Made by a program: the position numbers and the translations under genes. From Candidatus Dormiibacterota bacterium (GTDB taxonomy: Bacteria > Chloroflexota > Dormibacteria > Aeolococcales > Aeolococcaceae): a stretch of DNA of 64,000 nucleotides. Within the stretch, counting starts at the first letter, position 1; the number at the start of each line of letters is the position of its first letter. The notes under the pieces were generated by a model. That model worked only from the letters and a program-made list of their open reading frames with translations. It ran no database searches and was not told where the DNA came from. Below are positions 20,401-30,385 of the stretch, in pieces. The stretch spans positions 736,001 to 800,000 of the forward strand of contig OY970355.1 of NCBI GenBank assembly GCA_963718525.1, read 5' to 3'.

Positions 20401-21489
20401 GCGCTGGTCAAGTACAAGAAGCTCGTCGGCGGCGGCATGCTGAAGATGGTCAACGGCACCGTACCTGCCGCGCTTCGCAGGCTCGGCTATGGCGAGACCG
20501 CCATCGGTGACATCGTGGCGTTCATCGACGCCAACGACACCATCGAAGGAGCACCGACGCTTCGCGACGAGGATATCGCGGTCTTCGACTGCGCCTTCAC
20601 GCCGCAGAACGGCAAGCGCTCGATCACGTGGCAGGGCCACCTCCGCATGATGGCCGCGGTGCAGCCGTTCATCAGCGGCGCGATCTCCAAGACGGTGAAC
20701 ATGCCCAACGAGGCGACCGTCGAGGACATCGAACGTGCGTACACCGACGGCTGGAAGCTCGGCCTCAAGGCGGTCGCGATCTACCGCGATGGCAGCAAGC
20801 GCAGCCAACCGCTGGCAACCAGCATCGACAAGACCACGGGGCATCGCGTCCAGATCGTCGAGCGTCCGCTGCGCAAGCGACTGCCCGCCGAGCGCACCGC
20901 GATCACGCACAAGTTCGAGGTCGGCGGCCACGAGGGATACATCACCGTCGGCCTCTACGAGGACGGCACACCGGGAGAGATCTTCCTGCGCATGGCCAAG
21001 GAGGGTTCCACGGTCAGCGGACTGATGGACTCGTTTGCGACAGCGGTCTCGCTCGCGCTGCAGTACGGCGTTCCCCTGCCGGCGCTCGTCGACAAGTTCT
21101 CGCACACCCGCTTCGATCCGCAGGGATTCACGCGCAACCCGGAGATCCCCATCGCCAAGTCGGTGATGGACTACATCTTCCGGTGGCTCGCCTCCCGCTT
21201 CCTGCCCCAGGAGGAGCGCGATCGCCTCGGCATCATCCGCCGCGAACCCGACGGCAGCGTCACGGAACCCGTGTCAGCCGCCGAGGCCGCAATCGAGGCC
21301 ATGGCACCAGTGACGGTTGCTCCTGTCGCTGCAGCGCGCAAGCTCACCACCGCGATTCCCCTGACGAGCGCAGGCGCATTCATCAACCAGGAAGACGCAC
21401 CCACATGCAGCGACTGCGGCAGCCTCATGGTGCGCAACGGCGCCTGCTACAAGTGCCACAACTGCGGAGCGACGAGCGGCTGCAGCTGA
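17407..21489 (+). CDS. nrdJ: Vitamin B12-dependent class II ribonucleotide reductase with intein, TSCPD domain and C-terminal Zn ribbon
   Basis: FNSPVWFN, GGTTRRAAKM, SNPCSE, CNLASINL, APTGTIS, ISKTVN and terminal CxxC..CxxC..SGCS; GTG start after an AGAGGA RBS. Confidence 0.96.
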   Translation: MDRSASKPVPDNSHSISMEPPSGRRSGRRNGTAQARVSAKVEVEGGGIHVERRFTKEGVHPFDEVTWEQRTAAIGNEKGETVFEQKDCEIPTFWSQMATNVVVSKYFRGKLGTPGRETSVKQMISRVAEAIGKFGRAGGYFATETDAQAFQDELTHLLLHQKMAFNSPVWFNLGVSTSKPQISACQPYDARVATPNGMIPIGELVDRDAIGEEVFDRNGVTRIVATKANGRKEVFRLTIGSGVTVDATADHVILVADDRKGLRTSWKRVGEVRPGDRLVLDASRTVMRPAEVSVMELAGLGAPRPYAGRGRRFQQQGDVESWIETAATEPHLIAVAEASLAGWLQGDGYVGIPAGCTSLVIELQPADAEELADVERLLDIVFPGVHRHVTRSDAAGDRGCYRVRLSGEVLVPFVNKWELTTRGAEMHVPSCLWSSSTDEIAGYVRSLFQADGYVSIQARTADRAWPRAAVGLGTVSYQLAADVQQLLLTLGVQSTVRTEPAHGVRQAFNTVTIGTRPDRLLFEELVGFPCARKASLLKASLEIGVDNTPRHQIRFPRVAAIASRGVMDVYDIQTESGNYLSNHVVVHNCFINSVDDTMESILTLAKTEGMLFKYGSGTGTNLSSIRSSTESLAGGGTASGPVSFMKGFDAFAGVIKSGGTTRRAAKMVILNADHPDIEEFITCKVSEERKAWALIEAGYDSSFTGEAYASVFFQNSNNSVRVTDEFMRAVQDDRDWHLHAVTNSSRILKTVKARELMRLIAESAWQCGDPGMQYDTTINDWHTSAATGRINASNPCSEFMFLDDTSCNLASINLTRFLNDDGSIDIEAYKHAIHITITAQEILVSNASYPTEKIARNSEEFRPLGLGYANLGALLMARGVPYNSPQGRDLAACLTSILTGEAYAQSARIAREIGPFSGYAVNRQPMLRVVGKHREAAYNIPTDNIEPDLVGAARHAWDEAHELGARYGYRNSQATVLAPTGTISFMLDCDTTGVEPDIALVKYKKLVGGGMLKMVNGTVPAALRRLGYGETAIGDIVAFIDANDTIEGAPTLRDEDIAVFDCAFTPQNGKRSITWQGHLRMMAAVQPFISGAISKTVNMPNEATVEDIERAYTDGWKLGLKAVAIYRDGSKRSQPLATSIDKTTGHRVQIVERPLRKRLPAERTAITHKFEVGGHEGYITVGLYEDGTPGEIFLRMAKEGSTVSGLMDSFATAVSLALQYGVPLPALVDKFSHTRFDPQGFTRNPEIPIAKSVMDYIFRWLASRFLPQEERDRLGIIRREPDGSVTEPVSAAEAAIEAMAPVTVAPVAAARKLTTAIPLTSAGAFINQEDAPTCSDCGSLMVRNGACYKCHNCGATSGCS
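17959..19170 (+). mobile_element. Intein with LAGLIDADG homing endonuclease (404 aa)
   Basis: QISA|CQPYD...VYDIQT..VVHN|CFIN splice junctions; LAGWLQGDG and SLFQADG motifs; codon usage differs from the exteins. Confidence 0.93.
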
Positions 21490-21517
21490 TTCCATAGCAC
21501 CTCCTCCCCTCTCGCCC

Positions 21518-21553
21518 GGGGCCGCCTCCGATCGCTGGAGGCGGCCCCTCTTA
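21518..21553 (+). terminator. Intrinsic terminator hairpin after nrdJ
   Basis: GGGGCCGCCTCC-GATCGCT-GGAGGCGGCCCC-TCTT. Confidence 0.75.
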
Positions 21554-21635
21554 GAGCACTCGACGGTCCTGAGAATGGTTCGTTACCTACGCGCGACCAC
21601 GGACTCCGGTACCGTCTGGCAACACTTTCCCCGCG

Positions 21636-23165
21636 ATGTTTGCATTGGACAATACGAAGACACATGCGCACCTGATGGGGGCATCGGGGCTCCGAGATGG
21701 ATCGGCACCACAGCCGAATATCAGGCTCGGTCGACTTTTCAATCTCGCGCAGGACATGCTGTGCGTCGCCAGCTTCGACGGCTACCTGATAGAGGTCAAT
21801 CCAGCCTGGCAACGTATCCTGGGTTGGACGGCCACCGAGTTGACAAGCAGGCCATACGCCGACCTTGTGCACCCCGCAGATCGTGAAACGACTTTGTCCG
21901 CGCCCGATGTGCTGATGGATGGACAGCATGTGGTTCATTACGAGAACCGCTACCGAACCCGCGAGGGCTCATTTCGCTGGCTGTCGTGGATGGCGACACC
22001 AAGCGTCGAGGATGGCGTGATCTACGCGGCCGCACATGACATCACTCAAGCGAAGCTCGAGAGTCAGATTGAAGCGGCCAAGACCGCGGTGACCCGAATC
22101 GCCGGCGAGTTCGCAGATTGGGATGAGGCGGCGTGGCAAATCCTCAAGGCGGTCTGCACTTGCCTTCTTTGGGACGTGGGCGCGTTGTGGCTCGTTGACC
22201 CCGGACAGCAGCAGCTGGTGTGCAAGCACGCGTACTTCGCCACGGACGACCTTCGGGAGTTGCTCGGCTCGGAACTTCGACACGATCGTCGGCGGATTGG
22301 GGAATCGCTCGTTGGGCTTGCATGGGAGCGTGACGAACCCCTGCTGAGCGAGGACGTGCTCAGCGACACGCGCTTCGCGGCGCCAGCGCCTGCCGCGCGA
22401 GCTGATCTCGGCGGCGGATTCGCTTTCCCCTTACGCCACGGCGGAGATGTCGTAGGCGTGATGGGCTTCGGCAGTCGTGACGTCGCACACGTGGACGTCG
22501 ATTTGCGTACGAAATCAAGGCAGCTGGCCGCGCAGATTGAAGGCGTGCTGGGCAAACTTGCAACGCAGCGTGACACCTATCACATGGCGTTTCACGATGC
22601 GCTCACGGGTCTCCCAAATGTGGCGCTCTTCCGCGAGCGAGCGAATCAAGCACTGTTGATGAGTCGGCGGCTCAAGATGCCGGTCGGCATCGGAATCGCG
22701 GACATCGACCATTTCAAGGACATCAACGACACGCTCGGGCACGCGGCCGGTGACGGTGTGCTCCGTCATATCGGGGTTCGATTGAAGGATTCATTGCGAG
22801 GATCCGATACCGTTGCACGCCTCGGGGGCGACGAGTTTGCGATCCTCTTTCCAGCAACTTCCATAGAGGGTATCGAGCGCGCAATGCGTAAGCTGCGCGC
22901 CAGCCTTTCGCACGGACTGAAGCTGGATGGCTGCGAACCGATCCACGTGAGCGTGGGCTATGCCATCGCCAGGAGTGGTGAGACGTCACTCGACGACCTG
23001 CTCAAGATTGCCGACGCGAACATGTACCGATGGAAACGATGCCGACGGCACGAGAGCGAAGAGCACCGCGTCAGCGCTGGTCATGCGGCTGGTGTCGCTC
23101 GCGGCGGCAGAGACCTGCGGGGCCTTTCGCGTCGCCCTGCCGGTCACTCTCGCTCAACTCGCTGA
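21636..23165 (+). CDS. PAS-GAF-GGDEF diguanylate cyclase
   Basis: VNPAWQRILGW..VHPAD PAS domain, GAF domain, HDALTGLPN, DIDHFKDINDTLGH and RLGGDEF. Confidence 0.92.
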   Translation: MFALDNTKTHAHLMGASGLRDGSAPQPNIRLGRLFNLAQDMLCVASFDGYLIEVNPAWQRILGWTATELTSRPYADLVHPADRETTLSAPDVLMDGQHVVHYENRYRTREGSFRWLSWMATPSVEDGVIYAAAHDITQAKLESQIEAAKTAVTRIAGEFADWDEAAWQILKAVCTCLLWDVGALWLVDPGQQQLVCKHAYFATDDLRELLGSELRHDRRRIGESLVGLAWERDEPLLSEDVLSDTRFAAPAPAARADLGGGFAFPLRHGGDVVGVMGFGSRDVAHVDVDLRTKSRQLAAQIEGVLGKLATQRDTYHMAFHDALTGLPNVALFRERANQALLMSRRLKMPVGIGIADIDHFKDINDTLGHAAGDGVLRHIGVRLKDSLRGSDTVARLGGDEFAILFPATSIEGIERAMRKLRASLSHGLKLDGCEPIHVSVGYAIARSGETSLDDLLKIADANMYRWKRCRRHESEEHRVSAGHAAGVARGGRDLRGLSRRPAGHSRSTR

Positions 23166-23298
23166 ACTTCGGCCGGCACGATCCTCGGACTCGGACGCGC
23201 TCAGTTCCTCCCGGGGTGGGGGCCGGGGGCGGCTCACCCGCATGGGTGCATGGCGCTATCATCAAAGCTGATAGTTGGACGCGCACAGGAGGCTTATC

Positions 23299-23778
23299 AT
23301 GGGTGGAGCAGCAGAGGACCGCGAGAAGGCAGCGAGACTTCCGAAGGGCGATGTCATCGGCATCTTGTACGAGCAGCACGCGCAGGTTCTCGATCTGTTC
23401 GAACGCGTCGAAAATTCGAGCGCTGAAGCACGACAGGAAGCCTTCGACGAACTCATCGCTCTCCTCGTTGCCCATGAAACGGCGGAGCAGGAGGTGCTTC
23501 GGCCGGTGACTCGAGAGACTGCGGGGGATGACGTCGTTCAGGCACGACTTCAGGAAGAGAAGAAGGCGAATCAGGCGATCGCCGAGCTCAAAAAGTTGGA
23601 CGTCTCCAGTTCGGAGTTCGATCGGATGTTCGCGGACTTCAAACAAGCCGTGGTCGATCATGCCGAGCACGAAGAGACGGACGAGTTCCCCACCGTGCTT
23701 GAAGAGCGTGACGAAGACGAGCGACGGGTCATGGGAGAGCGGTTGTCCAGGGCGGAGGCCACTGCATCCACTCGTTAA
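23299..23778 (+). CDS. Hemerythrin-domain protein
   Basis: QH...AHETAEQ...EE...DHAEHEE HHE pattern; AGGAGG RBS. Confidence 0.85.
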   Translation: MGGAAEDREKAARLPKGDVIGILYEQHAQVLDLFERVENSSAEARQEAFDELIALLVAHETAEQEVLRPVTRETAGDDVVQARLQEEKKANQAIAELKKLDVSSSEFDRMFADFKQAVVDHAEHEETDEFPTVLEERDEDERRVMGERLSRAEATASTR

Positions 23779-24137
23779 GGTTGTATGTAGGCTGCAAACC
23801 AGAGTGCGGAGATCGGCGGAGCTATAGCAGCCGATGCAACGGCGCCAGGTCCTGATCGTGGCGCGGCCCGTGCCATCCCGCTCCACCAAACGCATATGGC
23901 GCTACCGAGCTGATCGTGGGGTTGCGTGTGGATGCGTCGAGGCAGGCCGGCGACCGCGCGATACTCCTTGGTGGCGAGGACTCGTCCACTGATCGGGTTG
24001 ACGCTGATCGTCGCGCTGACTGACCGGTGGTGAAGAAGTATCTGCGGTAGGCTGAGGGGGGCCTTAGGCTTTCCGAAGGCCCTCCCGAGCGTCGGGGGAG
24101 TTGCGCCACCACGGGATCCACCACAACGCTAACGAAT

Positions 24138-26969
24138 CTGGATAAGAGTTTCGATCGCCGTTTCGAGGCGTGCGTCGCAGATTGGGACGGGACGCTGGTT
24201 CCAAATCGGCATGCCGACGCCGGACGTGTACGTCAGGTCATCGAGGCGCTGTGTGCTCATGGATTCGATGTCGCAATCATCACCGGCACGCATGTGGAGA
24301 ACGTTGACGGGCAGCTGCAAGCCCGTCCGTCAGGACCCGGGCGTCTGCTCCTGTGTGTCAACCGTGGATCCGAGGTGTTCGAGTGCCGTCATGACGGCCC
24401 GGAGCTCGTCACGCGACGCGTCGCAACACCGGAGGAGGATGCCCAGCTGGACCGTGCAACAGCGCTCACGGTCGATCGGCTGAGAGCGCGTGGGCTGGAG
24501 ACAACCATCGTTGCGCAGCGCCTCAACCGCCGCAAGATCGACATCATCCCCCTCGCAGCGTGGGCTGATCCGCCGAAGGCGAGGATCGTCGACCTGCTCA
24601 ACGCCACCGAGGCCCGTCTGCGTGCGGCGGGAATCGCCTCCGTCGCGGAGGTCGTAGCCATTGCGCAGGAAGCGTCAACTGATGCCGGCCTTGCCGATGC
24701 GCGAATCACCAGTGATGCGAAGTACGTGGAGATCGGCCTCACCGACAAGGCCGACGCCGCTCGTTGGGCGTTCGCCGACCTGTGGGCTCATGGCATCGCG
24801 CCGAGTGACGTTATCGTCGTCGGAGACGAATTCGGTTTGCTGGGTGGCGTGCCAGGCAGCGATTCGCTGATGCTCGTTCCAGAGTCCCAAGGCTGCCTGG
24901 CGGTCACCGTCGGCGCCGAGCCCTTTGGACCGCCGCCGGGCGTGCTTCCACTACCTGGTGGCCCGGACAAGCTTCTTGAGGTGCTGGCTGACCAGCTCGG
25001 GCGCCGCCAACGCGGACAACCGCCAGACCCGACACCTGAGAGCTCGTGGCGGGTCGCCATTGAGGGCCTCGACGAGGGACACGAGCCGGCACGCTCGACC
25101 ATGCTGACGTTGGCGGACGGCCGTATCGGAACCACTTCCCAGCCGCTGGGAAGCACCCGCGTGACCGGCGAAACGCGGATGGCCGGGTTCTACGAAGGTG
25201 AAGGACCCGAGGAGCACCTCTGCACCGCTCCTTCATGGAACCAGCTCGGTATCCCTCTCGACGGGAGTGGGCGACTCGCTCGAGTTCTTGACCTCCATAC
25301 CGGCGTTCTCGTCCAACACTTGGAGCACGACGGCTCGTCGTTGTCGGTCGTGGAGTTCAGCTCGCTGGCGGAGCCCGGCACCGCAGTGGGGTGGGCGGCT
25401 GGGAGTCACTCGCTTCTCGACTCGATCAATACAAAGGCGACCGAAGCCGAGATCCTCGCGGCACGAGACGGCGTCCTGGCCCTGCACATCGGTGACGAAC
25501 GGCGCGACGGCGATCCCGCTGTCCTGGAGCGCATCGCGGTATATGCCCGCGGGGATATAGGCATCGCGCGTGAGCGCGCACGTGAAGCGAGGGCTGTTGG
25601 AGTCAGCACGCTACATCGTCGCCACCGAGAGTCGTGGGCGCGACGGTGGAATGACGCGCATATCGACATACGTGGCGACGACGAGTTGCTCCGCAATATC
25701 CGCTTCTCGTTGTTCCAGCTCATGGGGGCTGTCGGCACCGAGGGGGAAGCGGCACTCGGGGCGCGAGGTCTGAGCGGCGATGGGTATCACGGACATGTCT
25801 TCTGGGATTCCGATGTCTTCGTTCTTCCCTTTCTTGCAGCCACATGTGCGCCTGCGGCGAGAGCGATGCTCGAATATCGAATTCGCCGGACCGGTGCTGC
25901 GATGGAGCAGGCGCGCGAGCTCGGACTTCAGGGAGCGAAGTTTCCCTGGGAATCAGCCAGTTCCGGATACGAGATCACCCCCGACACGGTGATGGGTCCG
26001 CGCGGCGAAATCGTGCGCGTCCGCAACGGGGAGATGGAGAATCACATCGTGGCCGATGTCGCGTGGGCAGCCTGCCGGTACGATGACTGGGCGGGGAACG
26101 ACGCGTTCCGCCGCGGCCCCTTGTTGCATCTTCTGGTGGCGACCGCACGCTATTGGGCGTCCCGAATCGAGTGCGATGCCGACGGGTCGGCGCACATTCG
26201 CCATGTCATCGGACCCGACGAATATCATGACGACGTTGACGACAACGCCTTCACCAATGTGATGGCGCGATGGAATCTGCGTGCAGCAGCAACGCGAGCG
26301 GGCGGCGATTGCGATGAGCGTGAGGTTCGGCAATGGCAGGTCCTCGCGGAAGCGATCGAGGATGGCCTCGACCCTGAGAGTCGTATCTACGAGCAGTTCT
26401 CAGGGTTCTCATCGCTTGCTCCATTTCCTCTTCGCGAAACGTATGGACCGGCACCATTCGCAGCGGACGCGGTCATCGGTTTCGATCGCATTCAGAGACT
26501 GCAGGTTCTCAAGCAAGCCGATGCGCTCATGCTCCACCTGCTCATCCCCGCCGAGGTCGCGGAGGACTCGCTGCGCCCGAATCTCGATCGGTACCTTCCG
26601 ATGACGGCTCATGGGAGCTCGCTCTCACCGGCTGTCCACGCCGCATTGCTCGCCCGTGTTGCGCGTTACCCTGAGGCACTTGAGCTGCTGCGTCTCGCGG
26701 CAGGCATCGACGTTGGGGATACGTCGGGGCCAAACGCGGGACTGCACGTCGCGACCATGGGAGGGGTCTGGCTGGCTTTGGTGGAGGGGTTTGCCGGCGT
26801 CCAGGCGGACGGCGATGGTCTCTCCGTTCGGCCGCGGCTTCCCGACGCCTGGGAGACGCTGACGGTACATCTCGTATATCGTGGAACGCGCGTTCAGCTT
26901 CGAATCAAAGGCGACGAAGTGAAGGTGGAGACGGGCGGGCCGCTGCGCGTGGCGGTCTTGAGGGACTAG
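24138..26969 (+). CDS. HAD phosphatase - glycoside hydrolase family 65 fusion (trehalose-phosphate phosphatase/phosphorylase-like); start uncertain
   Basis: In-frame DWDGTL HAD motif at ~24180; GH65 motifs GARGLSGDGYHGHVFWD, IGPDEYH, KQAD and HGSSLS. Confidence 0.82.
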   Translation: MDKSFDRRFEACVADWDGTLVPNRHADAGRVRQVIEALCAHGFDVAIITGTHVENVDGQLQARPSGPGRLLLCVNRGSEVFECRHDGPELVTRRVATPEEDAQLDRATALTVDRLRARGLETTIVAQRLNRRKIDIIPLAAWADPPKARIVDLLNATEARLRAAGIASVAEVVAIAQEASTDAGLADARITSDAKYVEIGLTDKADAARWAFADLWAHGIAPSDVIVVGDEFGLLGGVPGSDSLMLVPESQGCLAVTVGAEPFGPPPGVLPLPGGPDKLLEVLADQLGRRQRGQPPDPTPESSWRVAIEGLDEGHEPARSTMLTLADGRIGTTSQPLGSTRVTGETRMAGFYEGEGPEEHLCTAPSWNQLGIPLDGSGRLARVLDLHTGVLVQHLEHDGSSLSVVEFSSLAEPGTAVGWAAGSHSLLDSINTKATEAEILAARDGVLALHIGDERRDGDPAVLERIAVYARGDIGIARERAREARAVGVSTLHRRHRESWARRWNDAHIDIRGDDELLRNIRFSLFQLMGAVGTEGEAALGARGLSGDGYHGHVFWDSDVFVLPFLAATCAPAARAMLEYRIRRTGAAMEQARELGLQGAKFPWESASSGYEITPDTVMGPRGEIVRVRNGEMENHIVADVAWAACRYDDWAGNDAFRRGPLLHLLVATARYWASRIECDADGSAHIRHVIGPDEYHDDVDDNAFTNVMARWNLRAAATRAGGDCDEREVRQWQVLAEAIEDGLDPESRIYEQFSGFSSLAPFPLRETYGPAPFAADAVIGFDRIQRLQVLKQADALMLHLLIPAEVAEDSLRPNLDRYLPMTAHGSSLSPAVHAALLARVARYPEALELLRLAAGIDVGDTSGPNAGLHVATMGGVWLALVEGFAGVQADGDGLSVRPRLPDAWETLTVHLVYRGTRVQLRIKGDEVKVETGGPLRVAVLRD

Positions 26970-27013
26970 CGGGAAAGGTCGATGTCTTCGTACGGCGGGA
27001 GCGGCGGGAGTCG

Positions 27014-28110
27014 ATGACACAACGCCATGTCGTGATCGTGGCGCCACCGTGGTATCCGATTCCCCCGAATGGCTATGGCGGGATCGAACTGGTCGTCGGG
27101 TTGCTGGGCGACGCCTTGCGCCAGCAGGGGGATCGGGTCACGCTCCTTGCCGCCGAGGGTTCAGAGCCCGGCGCGATTGTGCTGGCGCCCCGTTCGTGGC
27201 AGGCGGACCTCGGTGGACCGGACGAGCGGCTCCGCGAGTTGACCTATGCGTCGCGGGTGGCCACGACGCTGACCCAGCTCGAACGCATTGACGTGATTCA
27301 CGACCACTGCGGCTTCGCGACACTTGTGGCGGCATGTGCCGCGAATGTCGCTCCCGTCGTCCACACCGTGCATGGGGATATCCCCGAGGCGTATGCAACC
27401 TCTACTCCTCGGCCGTCGATCACGCGGGCTTTGTGGCGATCAGCGCGGCGCAGCGCCGAACCCTGCCGGATTTCCGGTGGATTGGCACCGTTCACAACGC
27501 CGTCGATGTCGACAACCTGCTGGTGACGCCGACGCAAAAGGTTCCATTCCTGCTGTGTCTCGCGCGCATATGTCCGGACAAAGGCCAGCACGTCGCCATC
27601 GAGGTGGCGCGGCGCACTGGGGTGCGCCTCGTGCTGGCCGGCAAGGTCGAATCCACACCGCGGGCGACCGACTACTTCAGGCGCCAGATCGAACCGTTCA
27701 TCGATGGCATACGGGTCCTCCATTTCGACAATGTCGTCGGCGACGAGAAGGCGCTCCTCCTAGCGCGAGCATATGCGCTCCTCGCGCCGCTGCAGTGGGA
27801 TGAGCCTTTCGGACTCGCACTGGTCGAGGCGATGGCGAGTGGTACGCCGGTCATCGCCATCAGCCGTGGTGCGGCACCGGAACTGGTGACGGATGGGACG
27901 ACCGGCTTCCTCGTCAACGATGTCGAGGAGATGGTGCAAGCGGTCTCCCGGGTTGCCGACCTGCGGCCCTCCGACTGTGCCGCGGCAACGCGCGCCCGCT
28001 TCAGCCCATCAACGATGGCGTCGTCCTATCGACGCATCTACGACAAAGTCGCGTGGGAACCGGAAGCGCCCCGGGAGCCAGCGGGGGTCTTGGAGAACTC
28101 GGCCGCATAG
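27014..28110 (+). pseudogene. Glycosyltransferase family 4, split by a 1-nt frameshift near 27401
   Basis: PPNGYGGIE..VHTVHG in one frame, RICPDKGQH..WDEPFGLALVEAMASGTPVI in the next; may be an assembly error. Confidence 0.85.
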
Positions 28111-28209
28111 GCTTGCATGCCAGGCTCACGCCCGGGCTGGCGGCCAAATTCGCCTTGAGGCGGGTTGAGCGCCATGCCGCGGGGTGGTTCGATGCTGCCG
28201 CGCCGGCTA

Positions 28210-28345
28210 TACGCACCTTCCAGTCGACATCCGCCAGACGGACGACGCCTTCCTCGTTGAGGCGTCGGTTCCAGGACTGGGTCCGGACGACGTCCAGGTC
28301 ACGGTCGACGGCGGCGTACTCACCATCGCGGGGACAGCGAATTGT
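28210..28345 (+). pseudogene. Hsp20 small heat shock protein fragment
   Basis: LPVDIRQTDDAFLVEASVPGLGPDDVQVTVDGGVLTIAG; second half of the alpha-crystallin domain is absent. Confidence 0.7.
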
Positions 28346-28473
28346 GGAGCACGAGTTCGGGCTAACCGACCCGGTGCTCGCGTCGCCATAGGACATGCTG
28401 GCGACCGCGTGTGACAGCAATCATCTCCATCGCGGTCGCCAGCCTCGACCAGGCCTGCCTGGTCGCGCGATCT

Positions 28474-28884
28474 TTAGGGATGGACGGCCATCACCGGGGT
28501 GGGCTGCAACAGCGCCACGCGATTGCCCTCCGTATCCTTGAAGGAAACGTACCTTCCCACCCCGGGAATATCCATAGGCTCGCCGAGAACCTCGCCGCCC
28601 GATGACACAACCGTCTGCGCAGCGGCCTGAATGTCCTCCACGGCGATCACCACGGAAGGGTGCGCGTCGGTCATTTGCCCGCTCCTGGCGAAGAGCCCCC
28701 CGTTGATGGCGCCGGGACTCGTGGGCCGACCAGTTTGGGGATCGCTTTCGGTTGTCGTGACGGTCACGTAGTTGCCCATCTCCTCGCCAAATCTTTGCGT
28801 CTTCCAACCGAAGGCCTGCTCGTAAAAGCTGGCGGCACGGTCTGCGTTCTCATATGGGATCTCGAAATGAACTACAGGATTCAT
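28474..28884 (-). CDS. VOC/glyoxalase family protein
   Basis: MNPVVHFEIP..FYEQAFGW..GAINGG..FKDTEGNRVALLQ. Confidence 0.9.
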   Translation of the reverse strand: MNPVVHFEIPYENADRAASFYEQAFGWKTQRFGEEMGNYVTVTTTESDPQTGRPTSPGAINGGLFARSGQMTDAHPSVVIAVEDIQAAAQTVVSSGGEVLGEPMDIPGVGRYVSFKDTEGNRVALLQPTPVMAVHP

Positions 28885-28982
28885 AAGGTTGGGCCTCCTT
28901 GACGCCATCTCTCCACCGTCAGAAGGATAGCAAGTTGAGCCCAAGGCCACTGATCTCGCCATGCCTGTTGACGCGTGGAGAT

Positions 28983-29438
28983 CTATCGCCGGGACGCCCC
29001 CGGCGATGATGCCGAGCGAGAGAGTTTCATATCAAAATCATGATTCCAAGTCTCACCGCCATCCGTTGACTTTTCCCAGTGCGATGTGATGGTGTTGTCG
29101 TCGTCACTGATCAGTCCTTCGTAGCGCTGCGAAAACTCGGGATGATTGCGCCAGATGCGCCACCGTTTATTGTCCAAGGTCATGTGATACACACGTGACA
29201 CTCTGCGGCTGTCGTAATAGAGAACGGTGTACTCGTCACTCTGGTCATCTCGTCCGATGACCCATGTAGCCTGGTCCCCCTGTCTCATGGCGATCAGACC
29301 CCCTTCTTCTATCCAAGCAAAAACGACCTGGCCGTTCACGGTGTGTTGTGGGCCTGGCAAGAACGCGGCATTTGAAAGCTCCATCTGCCACTCGCCAACA
29401 ATCGAGGCCAAGTCTGCGAGCCGGGGATTTTCGAACAT
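28983..29438 (-). CDS. Hypothetical beta-barrel protein (DUF1579-like)
   Basis: LASIVGEW..LYYDSRRVSRVY..FSQRYEG..WEKS.DG..W..DF pattern. Confidence 0.65.
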   Translation of the reverse strand: MFENPRLADLASIVGEWQMELSNAAFLPGPQHTVNGQVVFAWIEEGGLIAMRQGDQATWVIGRDDQSDEYTVLYYDSRRVSRVYHMTLDNKRWRIWRNHPEFSQRYEGLISDDDNTITSHWEKSTDGGETWNHDFDMKLSRSASSPGASRR

Positions 29439-29500
29439 CCGCTACTCCCCGTCTGGGCGAGCCGAAATGACCATGTCGCCGCCGTTGACTAGACACGACA

Positions 29501-30385
29501 TCACTTGTGCTCGGTCAAGACATCGCGCAGTTTGCGTGCGAAGGCTTCCGGCTGGCCGGCATAACCGGAGTCGCCGCCCACGAAACCCCCGTGATGGCTG
29601 GGGAAGACCGTCGTCTTCTGACCAAGTCGTTCGGCCGTAGCCTCGGACGTGCGACCAGTGAAGATGCCCGTCGACTCCTCGCCCACACCGATTACGATGC
29701 GGGTCGGCGCTGCGCGCAGTGCGTCGAAGTCGGGACGATAGCTGGTGACCGCCGCTGAGCGCTCGGAGAGCAGCGGGTCGTCACGCGAGCCGTCGTCCTC
29801 AGTCGTCATCCCGAATTGGGCCGGGTCCGGCTCCGGTCGCGCGAAGAATTCCTCGGTGAACTCTCCTCGCCACGATGTCATGGCGATGAAAGCCGCCATA
29901 CCAGCACCCTGCCCCTTGGCTGCATACGCGTCCCGAAATTGGGCCACGGCGCGCTCGGTTGACTCCGCATCCGGCAGCACCATCACCATCGGTGGCTCGT
30001 GTGCCACCAAGACGGTGACGTCGTCGGGATATGCAGCCACGAGCGCGAGCGCGGTGACCGCGCCGCCACTGCTGGCGAACATCTCAACTCGGCCGGCGCC
30101 GAGAGCCTCGATGATGGCGTGCACGTCCTCTGCCTGGATGTCAGGGACGTTGTCGACCCGGCCGTCTTTGCGGACGCTGCGGCCGAGACCGCGCGGGTCA
30201 TAGGTGATCACGGTGCGGTCGGCGAAGTACGACGCCAGCGTGCGGAAGCCGCTGGCGTCCATCGGCTGCCCGATCATGAACAGCGGCGGGCGTCCGTCGG
30301 CTGTTGGCAACGGGCCCTGGACGTCGTAGACGATGCCGGCTTCGGCGGTATCCAGCCTGTGCGTTGCGATGTCCACGACCATCAC
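29501..30385 (-). CDS. Alpha/beta fold hydrolase
   Basis: YDPRGLGRS, ASSGG, AHEPP and FPSHHGGF motifs. Confidence 0.88.
   Translation of the reverse strand: MMVVDIATHRLDTAEAGIVYDVQGPLPTADGRPPLFMIGQPMDASGFRTLASYFADRTVITYDPRGLGRSVRKDGRVDNVPDIQAEDVHAIIEALGAGRVEMFASSGGAVTALALVAAYPDDVTVLVAHEPPMVMVLPDAESTERAVAQFRDAYAAKGQGAGMAAFIAMTSWRGEFTEEFFARPEPDPAQFGMTTEDDGSRDDPLLSERSAAVTSYRPDFDALRAAPTRIVIGVGEESTGIFTGRTSEATAERLGQKTTVFPSHHGGFVGGDSGYAGQPEAFARKLRDVLTEHK

Noticed and set aside
23780-24100. c-di-GMP or other riboswitch
   Set aside because: Only a short GCAAACC match and one hairpin; the consensus structure cannot be supported by eye.
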